Below the pieces are notes generated by a model, which worked only from the letters and a program-made list of their open reading frames with translations, made no database searches and was not told the origin of the DNA. Shown here in pieces: positions 38,690 to 52,030 of a DNA stretch of 64,000 nt. The translations under genes and the position numbers were made by a program. Source of the DNA: Octopus vulgaris (taxonomy: Eukaryota); assembly GCA_951406725.2 (NCBI GenBank), contig OX597814.1, positions 109,244,001 to 109,308,000 on the forward strand. Direction: 5' to 3'. Position 1 is the first letter of the stretch; every line of letters starts with the position of its first letter.

Positions 38690-39185
38690 TATTTAAATGA
38701 AAAACTTCTGGAAACTTTTACAGATTTTTTCAGTTCCACTGATGGATTGGATCTTTAGTCTTCGAATTAGTTTTCTCCTTTCTGGTTTTGAGAAGCCTAA
38801 TTTCTTAAGATTGGTACTTAGGCAGTGTGTTACATATCCCAGGGCTCCAATAATTACAGGTATATACCTGCACTTGTAGTTTGGATAGAGTAACTGCAGA
38901 TTTCTCAATAGTTCAGTATAGGTATTCTCTTTTTCACTGATCTTCAGCTTTATGTTAACATTTGCTGGGCAGCTGATTTCCACAACTGTCCACAGTTTCT
39001 CTTCTCGATCCCAAATCATTATATCAAGTCTGTTGTGCTTACATTTTATTGAGGTCTTCACTAGGACATCACACCAGTACTCCTTTTTATTATCAGTGGC
39101 TTTGGCTTCTACCATATCATGGATCCTTATTTCTTTGACCTCAGGATTATCCTTCTGATGAATTTCATTTAGAGTGTCCTAGCTA
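38690..39185 (-). mobile_element. RLE-type non-LTR retrotransposon 3' fragment
   Basis: Restriction-like endonuclease motifs HNRLDI..VEISCP..K..Y..L..IPVIIGALG. Confidence 0.85.
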
Positions 39186-39229
39186 CATCATGACTCATCG
39201 GTAGATAATACCATGATGACATATATATG

Positions 39230-39960
39230 TATGTATGCATGTAAGTATGTATGTATATGTCTGTCTGTATGTATGTATGTCTGTCTTTTAATTATTATAA
39301 ATCTTCCACTGAGGAGGGAGTCGGTTTTCAACAAAGACACATTCACATTTGGAACTTGAGAAAAGTCTAGCATATTTTTACTGTTCCACTCACAGATTGC
39401 ACTTGTAATGTATGAATGAGCCGATTAATTTCTCTTTCTGAAAATCCCAGTTTGTCCAGATCCTCCTTTAAGCATTTACTAACAAAACCTAGTGCTCCAA
39501 TTATTATTTGTATGAATATGAATCCATAGTCTGGATAGAGAAGCTGGAGGTTTCGAAGCAGTTGTCCATAGATATCCTCTTTTTCTCTGATTTTCAAAGA
39601 GATATTTATATCTTCAGGGCAGCTGACCTCTATGATGGTATATACCTTTGCCTCTCTGTCCCAAACAACAATATCCAGCCTGTTATGTTTACATTTGACA
39701 CAAGTTTTGATGGGAATATTCCACCAATATTCCTTGAGTTGGTGTTTATAAATGGATTCCATAACAGAGGGATTTTCTAAGTTTATTTCAGGACAGTCTT
39801 TTTTGCAGGTGGCATTGTAGATTGTTTTAGCAACAACATCATGTCACATAGGGAGGTAGTACCATGATGTCATTTTAAGACAGCTGCTAATCATATGCGT
39901 AATGTCTTCCACAGAAACATGACACAGCCTACACATGCAGTTGCACATTGGGATTACAAG
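39230..39960 (-). mobile_element. Second RLE-type non-LTR 3' fragment with CCHC knuckle
   Basis: CRLCHVSVEDITHMISSC; HNRLDIVVWD..IEVSCP. Confidence 0.85.
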
Positions 39961-40087
39961 ATCATCACTGTCTCTCTTATTCACCAGGTACAGGGGGAAG
40001 AGGAGAGAATGGGCAGAGAAGATAGGAAAGGGGGGAGAGGAATGAGGGGAAAGAGCCACACATGTAACATTAATGAAGTTCACTCAC

Positions 40088-40212
40088 CTGTGTCATATCT
40101 CAGGTAGAGTTGGCCGTGATGGTTGCCCACTTCTGTCGGGTAAAACTCTATATCTACCTGGCTATTGGCATTTACAGCAACAGTTCCATGAACAGGTGAA
40201 ACACTGAAAGGT
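40088..40212 (-). CDS. HYDIN: HYDIN exon 7 (PFSVSPVHGTV..LRYDTG)
   Basis: Hand-translated; AG/GTGAGT ends, 125 nt, phase 2-1; absent from the ORF track. Confidence 0.93.
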
Positions 40213-40749
40213 CTGTATAACAGGGAAGATAAAAAAAGTCAATTAAATCAATCCTCTCATCAACAATAAAGAATAACAATTCGAATATATCTTTTGCTAC
40301 ATTCACCACCACCACAACCATCACCATCATCACCACTACCACCATCACCATCATCACCAACCACTCCGAGAGTGTAGAGGGTGCTTTTTACATACCACCG
40401 GCATGGGGCCAGTCAGGCGACACTGGTAACGATCACACTCAAATGGTGCCTTTTACGTGCCACTGACACGGAAGCCAGTTAGCCACTCTGGCAACAATCA
40501 TGCTCAGATGGTGCTCTTGGCACCCTACTAGCATGGGGCACAAGTGCCAGTAAGGCGACGCTGGTAACAATCACACTCGAATGGTGCCTTTTACATCACA
40601 ACTATCCACCACTCCCTCTCTCTCCTTTACCAATGACTATCCATAGTCATTATTGTCTTTCTCCCATTACCCCCTACCGTTACTGTCTATTTCCCATTAC
40701 TCTCTCTCTCCCCTTATTTCTAGTCAATCTCATTTTAGGTGAAACTTAC

Positions 40750-40949
40750 AGAAGTGTAAAGAAAGAAAACTTGGCATCTCTGTTACCAATATTTCTAAGA
40801 AGAATAGTTTTGGTCGATGCCATTAATACTGGACAGGTTGGAAAGTGGATCTCATCTGGGATGTCCACAATGGCACGGGCTCCAATGGCTTTTATTGGTA
40901 CAATGTATCTCTCTCTTTCTGTTGTACATACAATCTCATGTTCATAATC
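40750..40949 (-). CDS. HYDIN: HYDIN exon 6 (DYEHEIVCTTERERYIVPIKAIGARA..)
   Basis: AG/GTAAGT ends, 200 nt, phase 0-2. Confidence 0.95.
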
Positions 40950-41835
40950 CTGCAATTATATAACAAAAACAGGAATTTCTCTTGAAATAAGGGAATATCT
41001 TATAAGACCATCGCTTTTCTTTCACCTCTTACGCCGGCAGCGGCGGCATCGTTTAACGTCCAATACATAATTCAGTCATTACATAGCAGCCATGCTGGAG
41101 CATCATCTTGAAGAATTTTTTGTCAAATGAATCGATCCCAGTACTTTTAAGCCCGGTACTTATTCTATTGAACTCTTTTGCCAAACTGCTAAGTTACAGG
41201 GACATAAACACACCAACAGTTGTCAAGCAGTGATGGAGGACAAACACAGGCACAAAGACACACACATGCTCCCACACACACACACACACAAGCTTCTTTC
41301 AGTTTCTGTCTGCCAAATCCACTCACAAGGCTTTGGTTGACCTGGGGCTATAGCAGAAGACACTTTCCCAAGGTGACAAGCAGTGGGAGTGAACCCAGAA
41401 CAATGTGATTGGGAAGCAAACTTCTTACCACACCGCTATACCTGTGCTTATGGGTAACAAGCTCTGAGAAACCTGACAGTTGAGCCATCAAACTGGGAAA
41501 ATCAGGAATCAAAAGTCCTCACCATAGAGATGGAAGCAAAGAGTGTGGTGGGAAAATCTGCTGATGATCAAATGAAATGGCTCTCAATTTCTGAGGAAAA
41601 AAAGAACCAGGGCTCTGAATGCAATGGCAGAAGGATCTGAAAAAAGTTCTAACTAGATCTGATCAGAGGAATACAAGTGAGTCTCAGAAGTACAAATTAC
41701 ACTCCATGCAACTGGCATCTTAGGCTGACATGGTTCTGACATCCAAGACACCTTGGTGCTGGGGCACCTTGACTACCTAGGAGGGTGCAGGTTGTAATGC
41801 AAACAACAGCACAAGATATGGCAGCAGATATTGAA

Positions 41836-42065
41836 GGCGGTAAGCTGGCAGAAACATTAGTATGCTGGGCGAAATGCTTAGCAGTATTTCGTCTGCTGTT
41901 ACGTGTTGAGTTCAAATTCCGCCAAGGTCGACTTTGCCTTTCATCCTTTCGGGGTCGATAAATTAAGTACCAGTTACGCACTGGGGTGGATGTAATCGGC
42001 TTAACGCCTTTGTCTGTCCTTGTTTGTCCCCTCTATGTTTAGCCCCTTGTGGGCAATAAAGATAT
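41836..42065 (+). mobile_element. Full-length SINE family B with 16-bp TSD
   Basis: AAGATATGGCAGCAGA at 41813-41828 and 42066-42081. Confidence 0.9.
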
Positions 42066-43707
42066 AAGATATGGCAGCAGAGGGGTAGCCAGATGAAACT
42101 CAGCCCCCTAAGCATGTAAGGAATTTACATTTTCAGACTTGGGCCTCTGTGTCTATCTTTATCTGGGCTCCTGAGTAAAAAAATAAATATTTGCATATAC
42201 AGCTCAAGAGTAACAATTGCAGGCAAACTAATGGACAGAATCACTAAAACAAAAAAAATCAGAAGAATAACAAAAATAGATCTTGTTCACCTGAATCACT
42301 ATTTTCCTCATCATTTTCACCAGTTTCATTGTCTGAATCATTATCACTACCTGTGTAAGAGTAAACTCTTCGTCCACAGAATAAATATCACCAGACTGAG
42401 TTCCTTTCGTGTGTTGGGTCACACGGAGGCAATGACCAAGGCCTTTGTCATTATGTCATGCTTGAGAAGAAGACCCATCAAGCCGAGCAAAATCGCAGTT
42501 GTGGCAGATACCAGTGTCATGCAAATGGCACCTGTGCCAGTGGAACATAAAAGCACCTGTTACACTGTTGCAGTGGTTGGCATTAGGAAGGGCATACAGC
42601 CGTAGAAACCATACCAAACCAGACTGGAGCCTGGCAGAGCCTTCCAGCTTGCCAGTCCTAGTCAAACCAGCATGGACAACGGACGTTAAAATAATTTCCT
42701 TAACTGCAAAAGCCTTGCTCGTTTACAAGATGAAGCTCTAGGTTCATCACACACTCATTTAATCATCACAAACCATTAAATATATGTATGTACTGGGGCC
42801 ACATAAAAAGTACCCATCCTAGTGCCACACAAAGAGCACTCAGTACACACTCTAAAGTGGTTGGCATTAGGAAGGGCAACCAGCTGTAGAAACCATACAA
42901 AAACAGATGACTGGAGCCTGATGCAGCTCCTGTCAAATTGTCCAACCCATGCCAGTATGGAAAATGTATTAAATGATGACGATGATGTATTTAAGTATGT
43001 ATCATCATCGTTTAATGTCCGCTTTCCATGCTGACATGGGTTGGATGATTTGACTGAGAACTGGCAAGCTGGGAGGCTGCACCAGGCTCCAATCTGATCT
43101 GGCAAGATTTCTACGGCTGGATGCCCTTCTTAATGTCAACTACTCCAAGACTGTAGTGGGTGATTTTTACGTACGTGTCACTGGCAGAGGCCAGTCAAGC
43201 AGCATTGGCATTGACCACGCTCGAATGGTGCTTTTTATGTGCCATGTATACACACGCACTCTCTCTCTCCCTCTCTCCCAAAAGAGACCTGGACAATCTA
43301 CCACAGGTTGATAAGAGAGTAGTATTGCAGATGGCAAAAATGACCACTATGAGATCCATGATTATGAAACACTAGTTTAGAGGGTCTGGTCATCTTGTCC
43401 ATTTAAAGGAAACCTGTAGGCCAAAGCAGGTGCTGCATGGTGAGCTGGAGCAAGGAAAACATCCTCAGTGCAAGCAATGCAAGCATTTCAAAGACGATCT
43501 TAAAGAAACACCGAGAAAGATCTAAACTGATACTAACAGGAGGGATTTGGTTTCAATTGGTGTTAAAGAACTCGAGAACACGGTTGCAAACACCAAGCTG
43601 GTGTGAGTTGTTAAATATGTGAATGATGTGAACCCACTCCCTGAAAAGGTCACAAAAGAGTCTCTTCTGAGTAACCAGAGTTGTCATGTCTGTTTCTCAA
43701 AGTCAGG

Positions 43708-43753
<46 letters not shown>

Positions 43754-43861
43754 TACTAATATAAGGGTAAATAATTATTAATTTTAAAATTGATAATTAT
43801 TACTAAGTATTTTCTGTATAGAAAGAGAACCATTATCGGTAGGAACTTTAACAAAAAGTTT

Positions 43862-43921
<60 letters not shown>

Positions 43922-44037
43922 TCAAACAACAAGTAATGTTATATGTGGAGCTATATCTGTAGTAAATAGGAATAAGCGGTCTTTGCCTGCTATTTCTAAA
44001 TTTTCAGTATGTGGTTAAGCAACTTGTTACTTAACCC

Positions 44038-44085
<48 letters not shown>

Positions 44086-44270
44086 TATATGTAATCCAAA
44101 CATGAACAAGCAAGAAAAAACAACAACGCGAGGACATGGAATAAGTACAGTGTTATTGGACGCTCAGGAAAAGAAAGAAAAGAAAGACGATTTCATGTTT
44201 CAAGTGTAGCTCTTCATCAGAAATATAGAAAAAGTCCAAAGAAGGGAAGACGGAGAAAGAAAATCGCCAA

Positions 44271-44656
44271 AGGCACAGGACTGGCTGTGTGGTAAGTAGC
44301 TTGCTTACCAAACACATGGTTCTGGGTACGGTACCACAGCGTGGCACCTTGGGCAAGTGCTTTCTACTATAGCCTCAGGCCAACAAAAGCTTTGTGAGTG
44401 GATATGATAGACAGAAACTGAAAGAAGACCGTTGTATATATATATATATGTTTGTGTGTGTGTGTGTTTGTCTCCCCAACATCGCTTGACAACTGATGCT
44501 GGTGTGTTTTACGTATCCGTAACTTAGCAGATCAGCAAAAGAAACTGATAGAATAAGTACTAGAATTACAAAGAATAAGTCCTGGGGTCGATTTGCTCAA
44601 CTAAAGGCGGTGCTCCAGCAAAGCCACCGTCAAATGACTGAAGCAAATAAAAGAAT
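44271..44656 (+). mobile_element. SINE family A
   Basis: Full head-to-tail match to other family A copies (also 41060-41450 minus, 48010-48352, 62476-62868). Confidence 0.88.
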
Positions 44657-44801
44657 ATATATAATGCACATGCACACACGCACGTACACACACACATATG
44701 CAAACACACACACACATATGCAAACACACACACACTCACTTTTGAAAGTTATTAAATTCTTATGATGTCAACAACATATATGAATGTAAAAGAAATACTA
44801 C

Positions 44802-44936
44802 CTTATTTTCTTCTGGGGTGAACTGAACCTTGAATACAAGTGCCAGCCCTGGGGCCACTTTGTGGTGTGCATCAGGAGGAGGGATCAATTTGAAGTAAGG
44901 AGAGGCTTCTTGATTCACTTTTACAGTACGTGGGAT
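44802..44936 (-). CDS. HYDIN: HYDIN exon 5 (IPRTVKV..HKVAPG..FTPEENK)
   Basis: AG/GT ends, 135 nt. Confidence 0.95.
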
Positions 44937-45034
44937 CTGATCAAAAAAATAATAAATGGTATAATTGTACTTCATTTAAAATATTTTAATCACACAATAT
45001 AGAAATTCAAAATTAATAATAAAAAGAACAAAAA

Positions 45035-45733
45035 TACAAGGTGTCCATAAAGTCTCTTTACAATTTTAAAATTTTATTACAAAGGTAGTTGACACGATAT
45101 CTTAACCAGATTTGTTTTATTGTAATAATTGTTTATTAAAGAGTTTTTAACTGTTATTTAATAGACCTCAATATGGGCACCATTAGTTGTGTGAAGCACA
45201 TCAAGATGGTACTCGATTTCTTGCCATGTTCGCTGTAGGACAGCCTCATCAACGGTGGCAATGGCATTACGAATCCTTTGCTTCAAGCCAGCAATGTCCA
45301 CTATCTTTGTTTGATACACAATATCTTTTACATAACCCCATAAAAAGAAGTCCAAGGGAGTGATATCTGGCGAACGCTGTGGCCATGGAATTGGCCCATC
45401 CCTTTCAATCCATCGGTCTGGAAATGTTTGATTGAGGAACTGACGAACATGCCATCCCCAATGTGGTGGTGCACCATCTTGCTGGAAAATCAATCAGTTG
45501 TGGTGCCACATATTCGATCAGAAGGTTGAGGTAAACATCTGCAGTAATTGTTGCCTCGTTAAAGAAAAACGGACCAATTATTCGATTGCACATGATTCCA
45601 CACCACACATTCAACATCAATAAAAACTTTAATAAACAATTATTAAAATGAAACAAATCTGGTTAAAATATCTCATCAACTGCCTTTATAATAATTTTTT
45701 TAAATTGTAAAGAGACTTTATGGACACCCTATA
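45035..45733 (-). mobile_element. Internally deleted Tc1/mariner-superfamily element, DD41D type
   Basis: ~110-bp TIRs, TA ends; QQD-GAPPH..WPQRSPDITPL-D with 41 residues between the aspartates. Confidence 0.88.
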
Positions 45734-45946
45734 TTTGTTAATTCGTTTGTTGCCCTACTTCTGTTGAAATACCCTGCTTTTGCTTCAATTAATTTTGAAA
45801 ATGATGAAGAATGACAAATGACAAATCACTGCTGTGAATAATGTGGCTCGAAACACTGTTGTAAATAATGGTGATGATATATATATGTGGACGATGATGA
45901 TGATATTAATAATGATTGTGATGATGATGATGACGACAATAATAAT

Positions 45947-46335
45947 AATAATAAGCAGAGAAGAAAGAGAAAACAAAAGGAAGAAGTGCAAAAAAGACAT
46001 GAAGCAGAATTACGCAAGAAGGGACTACACAATCAATTCCATGCAACCACAACAGAAGTTGCTGGAAAAAGTAGGTGGGATTGGCTGATGAAAGGAACAA
46101 TAAAAAAAAAAGGGGTCGAGGTCACTATACTGGCATTGCAAGACCAAGCTTTGGCCTCGAACCGGAGGTCAACCTTAAGAATGAGCAAGTGTCTCTGCTG
46201 TGCTGCATCTGCAATAGAGTGGCTGAAACCATAGCCCATATCACGAATGAATGCCCTAGACTAGCCCAAAAGTCTACAGCATTCAATTAGCGATCAAGTA
46301 GTGAAAGTGCTATATTGGAAACTGGAGGTTAGAAA
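45947..46335 (+). mobile_element. R4/Dong-like RLE LINE fragment beside an (AAT)/(GAT) microsatellite
   Basis: KGLHNQF..WDWL..LALQDQAL; CCICNRVAETIAHITNECPRLA CCHC motif. Confidence 0.7.
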
Positions 46336-46679
46336 GAGGCAAGATGGTTTTAATTCAGCTCACTTTATTGTATTGTCTGTATTTACAGTGAGGCTATTGT
46401 TTACAAACAGCAAACACACAAGAAGATGAGGGGGGAATACAAACACTCACACAAAGACACATGCCTACAGTCAATATCCATCTTTCATGCTGCCATGGAT
46501 AGTTGGACAGGATCCAGAGCTACAGTGTCAAGCTCCAATGTCTGCTTTGGCAAGGTTTCTGATAGCAGGAGGAAGTTCTGACAGGGAAAATAGTTTTTGC
46601 ATGTGGAAGGTGCACAGGGACATCATCATCATCATCGTTTAACATCTGCCTTCCATGCTGGCATGGATTTGACAACACT

Positions 46680-47775
46680 AAAAATGTACAGAAAATAGAC
46701 TCCATCAAACGCCTGGGGGGAAAACTAGAAGTAATTGATAGCTTCCGTTACCTAGGTGACTAAGTCAGTAGCAAGGGTGGATGCTGCAAGAGCGTAGCTG
46801 ATAGAATAAGAACAGGTTGGGCAAAATTCAGAGAGCTCCTACCTCAGTTGGTAACAAAGGGCCTCTCACTCAGAGTGAAAAACAGATCATGTGATACCTG
46901 TGTGCGAATAGCCATACTACACAGCAGTGAAACATGGGTTGTGACCACTGAGGACACCACAAAGGCTTGAAAGAAATGAAGGCCAGTATGCTTTGCTGGA
47001 TGTGCAATGTCAGTGTGCATATTCAACTGAGTGTCAGCATCTTGAGAGAAAAGCTGGGAATAAGAGGTATCAGATGTGGTTGCATGAGAGACAACTGCGT
47101 TGGTATGGTCATGTGATGCATATGAATGAGGACAGCAATGAGAAGAAGTGCCAATCTCTAACTGTGGAGGAAATCTGTGGAAGAGGTCGATACAAGAAGA
47201 CACAGGAAGAGGTGGTGAAGCATGAACTTTGAATGTTGGGCCTCATGGAGGCAATGACAAGCGCCCGAAAAGTTTGGCGATTTGCTGTGTTTCAGAAAAG
47301 CCATCAAGTCAAGTGAAATTGCAGTTATGGCCAACGCCGGTGTCATGTAACTGGCACGTAAAAAGCACCCATGAACATTGGGTGATATGCCATACTTGAG
47401 AAGACCCACGAAGCCAAGTAAAATTGTAGTTGTGGCCAATGCCAGGATTGCATAACTGGCACCCATGCTGGTGGCATGAAAAAGGCACCATTTGAACATT
47501 GAGCCTGATGGAGGCAGTGACAAGTGACCAAGACATTTGGCAATACGCCATGTTGAGAAGACCAGCTAATCCAAGTGAGATCATAGTCATGACAGATGCC
47601 AGTACTGCATAACTGGTACCCACCGCACTCTTGGAGTAGTTGGCATTAAAAAAGGCATCCAGCCATAGAAACCATGCGAAATCAGATTGGAAGCTGGTGC
47701 AGCTCCCTAGCTTACCAGTTTTCAGTCAACCCATCTGACCCATGCCAGCATGGATAATGGACGTTAAATGATGAT
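46680..47775 (+). mobile_element. RTE LINE 3' part (RT C-terminus, repetitive 3'UTR, GAT tail)
   Basis: LEVIDSFRYLG, GWAKFRELLP and RQLRWYGHVM remnants. Confidence 0.88.
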
Positions 47776-48594
47776 GTACTGGGTGATTTTATTTATGACA
47801 CCAGCTCTAGTGAAGTCTACACAAACACACATATAAATATGTATAATAATTTGTAGAAAACAGGTATGGTATTCAGTGATTAATAGAACATACACGTGTT
47901 TCAGGAAATGCCTTAATAATTGCATAATAAAAGTAGAAACATTGTGCAATCTTGCAAGTTCACCTCATCAGTGTTCTGCAATCAGTATGTAGTCATGCTT
48001 CACAGTACCAGGAGTGGCTGTGTGGTAAGTAGCTTGCTTACCAACCACATGGAATCATGGGCAAGTGTCTTCTACTATAGCCTCAAGCTGACCAAAGCCT
48101 TGTGAGTGGATTTGGTAGACGGAAACTGAAAGAAGCATGTTATATGTGTGTGTGTGCATTTGTCCTGCCACCATCGCCTGTCAACCAATGTTGGTGTGCT
48201 TACGTCCCTGTAACTTAGTTCGTCAAAAGAGACGATAGAATAAGTACTAGGCTTTCAAAGAATAAGTCCTGGGGTCGATCTCTTTGATTAAAAGGCAGTG
48301 CTCCAGCATGGCCGCAGTCAAATGACTGAAACAAATAAAAGAATTAAAGAATATATATATATATATACATATATATTATAGGACATGCTTCTTTAATTTC
48401 TGTTTATCGATTTCTCTCACTAGAGATTGATGAAGCTGGGGCAGCCGCATAAAATATGAAGAAACAAAGTCCATAAAGTGAAACCAAACCCTTGACTATG
48501 TGGCTCTGAAACATCCACCTTAGCTGCATGGCCATGCCTGAGTTGAATAAAAGTGTACAAGATTGTGCATTGGAAACCAGATAACATTACTTAC

Positions 48595-48714
48595 TCGGTC
48601 TTTATTTTCAAGAAGCAAAGATACTTCATAAACCTTGAAAGGTTCATATTGTTGGAAAAATATTTCTGATGGGAAAGGCTGGAAAATGGGTTCATTAATA
48701 TTTACAGTTGAGAT
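48595..48714 (-). CDS. HYDIN: HYDIN exon 4 (ISTVNINEPIFQPFPSEIFFQ..NKDR)
   Basis: AG/GTAAGT ends, 120 nt. Confidence 0.95.
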
Positions 48715-50195
48715 CTGAAAAAGTTTTAAGAATTCACAAGTAAGAAACAATAAAGATGGGAATGAAGAATACACACTAAATACCATTTAAAATATGAATT
48801 GTCATAATCTTTTCTACCATATGCACAAGGCCTGAAATTGGGGGGGGGAAGACTAGGCAATTACATCGACCCCCAGTGTTTCACTGGTACTTAATTTATC
48901 GACTCCAAAAGAATGAAAAGTAAAGTCAACCTCAGTGGAATTTGAACTCAGAACATAGCAACGGGCAGAATAGTGCTAAGTATTTTGCCCGGCATGCTAA
49001 CAATTCTGCCAACATGCCACTTTCTATAGTAATAATGATAATGCTTTCTGCTGTAAGCACAAGGCCTGAAATTTGGGGGGAGGAAATTATTGGATTACAT
49101 TAACCCCAGTACTCAACTGCTACTTATTTTATCAACCCCAAAAGGTAAAGTTAACCATGGCAGAATTTGAGCTCAGAATATAAAACCAGAAGAAATTGTG
49201 TTAAGGATTCAGTCTGGCATGCTGATTATTATACCAGATTACCTCCCTTTTAATAATAGCAAAAATAACAACAATAGTTTTGTGTGTGTGCGTGTGGAGG
49301 CAGATGGGTTAGTGGTCAGAGGAATGCCCACCTGATTGTAAGACTGTGGTTTCAATTCTGGACAGCCCCAATCCATTCAGCAGGCAAAAATGAGTAACCC
49401 TGCAACAGACAGGCATCCCATCCAAGGGGAGTTTATATGCCACAAAATCTAGAAAACCAGCCTTATGAGCATATGGATTGGAAAGACCTTTGATCTTTTT
49501 CATGTAAATAAATAACCATATATATATATATTGATGTTATTATAATCTATTTAAAAATATAGCCATGAAACGTGCATAATCTTTTTACTACTATTTACTA
49601 TTTATTGTACTTTATTGATTTTTAGAATAAGGTTTTTATAGTATATGTTTTCTATATGGTGTGAATAACATCTTTCCTTTTTGAATTGTTTAATAGAGGT
49701 TTTTTTCTCTAAATTATATACATATATTATATATTGTGAAATTTGGTTTAAATTTGTTAAATTGAATTTTTCCCTGTAAGTTTTGGAATTATATTCCCTA
49801 CTATTATTAATTATTATTATTATATATAACAAAAGAAAGGAAGAGACCTCAATATTATGTAAATAGAGGAAATTTATCTATAAAACAATATGTTACATTT
49901 ACTCAATAGTCAAGATAAAACTCTGAGTTTCAGATGCCGAAGTGGAAATCCACAACACCATCTCTTCGGTTATCTGAAAAACACTATGAAAAAATACTGT
50001 TATATAAAGGGAAATTACTGTATTATAATTCTGCTTGCGGACCCACGTGCGTACTTATACGTCACTATGAAAACGTATACATCTTCACTCGCATTTTTCG
50101 CCAAATATATACGCATATTTATACAAACTCATACACACACACGTGCGTACCGTAAAAGTTCATACATACGTTTATATATATATATATATACACAC

Positions 50196-51082
50196 ACATG
50201 GTCTGATCAAGAAGTATCCGGGTCGTTACCATAATAATGAAGATAAAGCACGCATAGTAAAGCTGCTAACATAGATTGACCTAGAACTCTGCTGTGCATA
50301 CACACTAAGTTTTAACATTCTAGCTGAATTCTGCTATTTACAGCAATGGGAAGGAAGGTGTGTAGCATATGATCATCACATTGACCATGACAGAGAAAGT
50401 TGAGCAGAGAATCTGCATCAGATTTTGCCAAAAGCTTGGTGATACCTGTTCAGAGGCCTATGCAAAATTTCCAAAAAGTTTTCTTCATTCTCGACAAAAT
50501 CAAGATCTTGTGCAACTGAAACCCAAGTGTCTTTTTGGTCAGCTGAAAGCAGTTTGGGCACAGACTTGGCAGACATGCGTCTCATACCCAAATCTTCAGT
50601 GATAATGGACTGAACCCTAACTAATCTGCACATCTTCTGATAACTCACGGATGGTGATTCGACAAGTTTCCCTCATACCTGCACACACATTAGTGATGAT
50701 ATTCTAAGTTCTGCTGGTTGTGGGTCTCCCAGAACGTTCGTCAATATCATCATTTTTTTGGCCATGTTGGAAACATCTCAAACGCTTGTCACACTTGTGT
50801 GCAGCTCATACACTCCTCTCCATACACTTTCTACAACTCTGCATGGGCCTCTGAGCAGGTATCACCATGACAACTTTCTCTGTCATGGTCAATGTGACAA
50901 TCACACACTACACCCCTTCCTTCCAAACACTGCTGTAAACAGCAGAAATCAGCCAGAATGCTAAAACTTAGTGCACACGCACAGCGGAGTTCAAGGTCAC
51001 TGTATGCCATGCGGCTTCACTCTGCATGCTTTAGCTTTATTATTATGACAACAGTCCGGAAACTTATTGATCAGACCTCATA
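50196..51082. mobile_element. Mariner fold-back element built from two inverted 5' ends
   Basis: TIRs GGTCTGATCAAGAAGTATCCGG/CCGGAAACTTATTGATCAGACC; MTEKVEQRICIRFCQKLG on the + strand and a longer N-terminal remnant on the - strand. Confidence 0.85.
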
Positions 51083-51100
51083 TATATGTGTGTGTGTAGA

Positions 51101-51322
51101 TACAGGGTGTTCAAAAGGTCTCTCTGCAGTAAGTATTTTATTGCAAAATAAATATTTATAAGATGGTATAAGACTACAAAAGAATATATTAGACTTTACA
51201 AAAACTTATAAGAGGTGCTGAAAATGTCGTCCTTCATTTTCAATACATAAGTGTTGACTCTTTTACACATGTTTTGAAATACATCTTGGAGAAAAAAATT
51301 CACTGCGGAGAGACTTTTGAAC

Positions 51323-51330
<8 letters not shown>
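51101..51330. mobile_element. Tc1/mariner-type MITE
   Basis: TACAGGGTGTTCAAAAGGTCTCTCTGCAGT/ACTGCGGAGAGACTTTTGAACACCCTATA. Confidence 0.85.
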
Positions 51331-51369
<39 letters not shown>

Positions 51370-51372
51370 TAC

Positions 51373-51498
51373 TTTGTGATGAACTGTATCTCCGATTTCA
51401 AGGAGTTGCAATTTCTCTGGAATCCTCATTGTACGTGTATTGGTCAATCTCTCTTCTGTTGTCATAGAGATGTTCTTTAGGAAGACACTTGGAATAAG
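51373..51498 (-). CDS. HYDIN: HYDIN exon 3 (LIPSVFLKNISMTTEERL..HHK)
   Basis: AG/GT ends, 126 nt, phase 0-0; matches LTPSEFLKEMSLTTEQRL. Confidence 0.93.
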
Positions 51499-51653
51499 CT
51501 GAAAGGAAAAAAAGAAAAAATCAGAAAAAGGAAATTGAAAGAATCATCCAAAATCAAAACAAAAATCAAAACTTGAATGATGTTATATTCCTTGGAATAT
51601 TCATCACCTCAAATGAACAAACTCCTTTAACCTTTTTTGTTATTATATTTCAG

Positions 51654-52030
51654 TGGAAGCGCAATGGCGCTGTGGTTAGGGAAGCGGACTCGCGGACATA
51701 GGATCCCAGTTTCGATTCCCCAGACCGGACATTGTAAGTTTTTATTGAACGAAAACACCCAAAGCTCTACTAGGCAGGGGGTAGTGGCGAACCCTGCTGT
51801 ACTCTTTCTCCACAATTTTCTCTCACTCTTTCTTCCTGTTTCTGTTGCACCTGTATTTCAAAGGGCCCAGCCTTGTCACACACTGTATCATGCTGAATCT
51901 CCCCAAGAACTACGTTAAGGGTACACGTGTCTGTGGAGTGTGCGGCCACTTGCACGTTAATTTCACGAGCAGGCTATTCCGTTGATCAGATCAACAGGAA
52001 ACCCTCATCATCGTAACCAACGGAGTGCCA
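51654..52030 (+). mobile_element. tRNA-derived SINE family C
   Basis: TGGCGCTGTGG A box, GTTTCGATTCC B box, tail ..CGTAACCAACGGAGTGCC. Confidence 0.85.
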
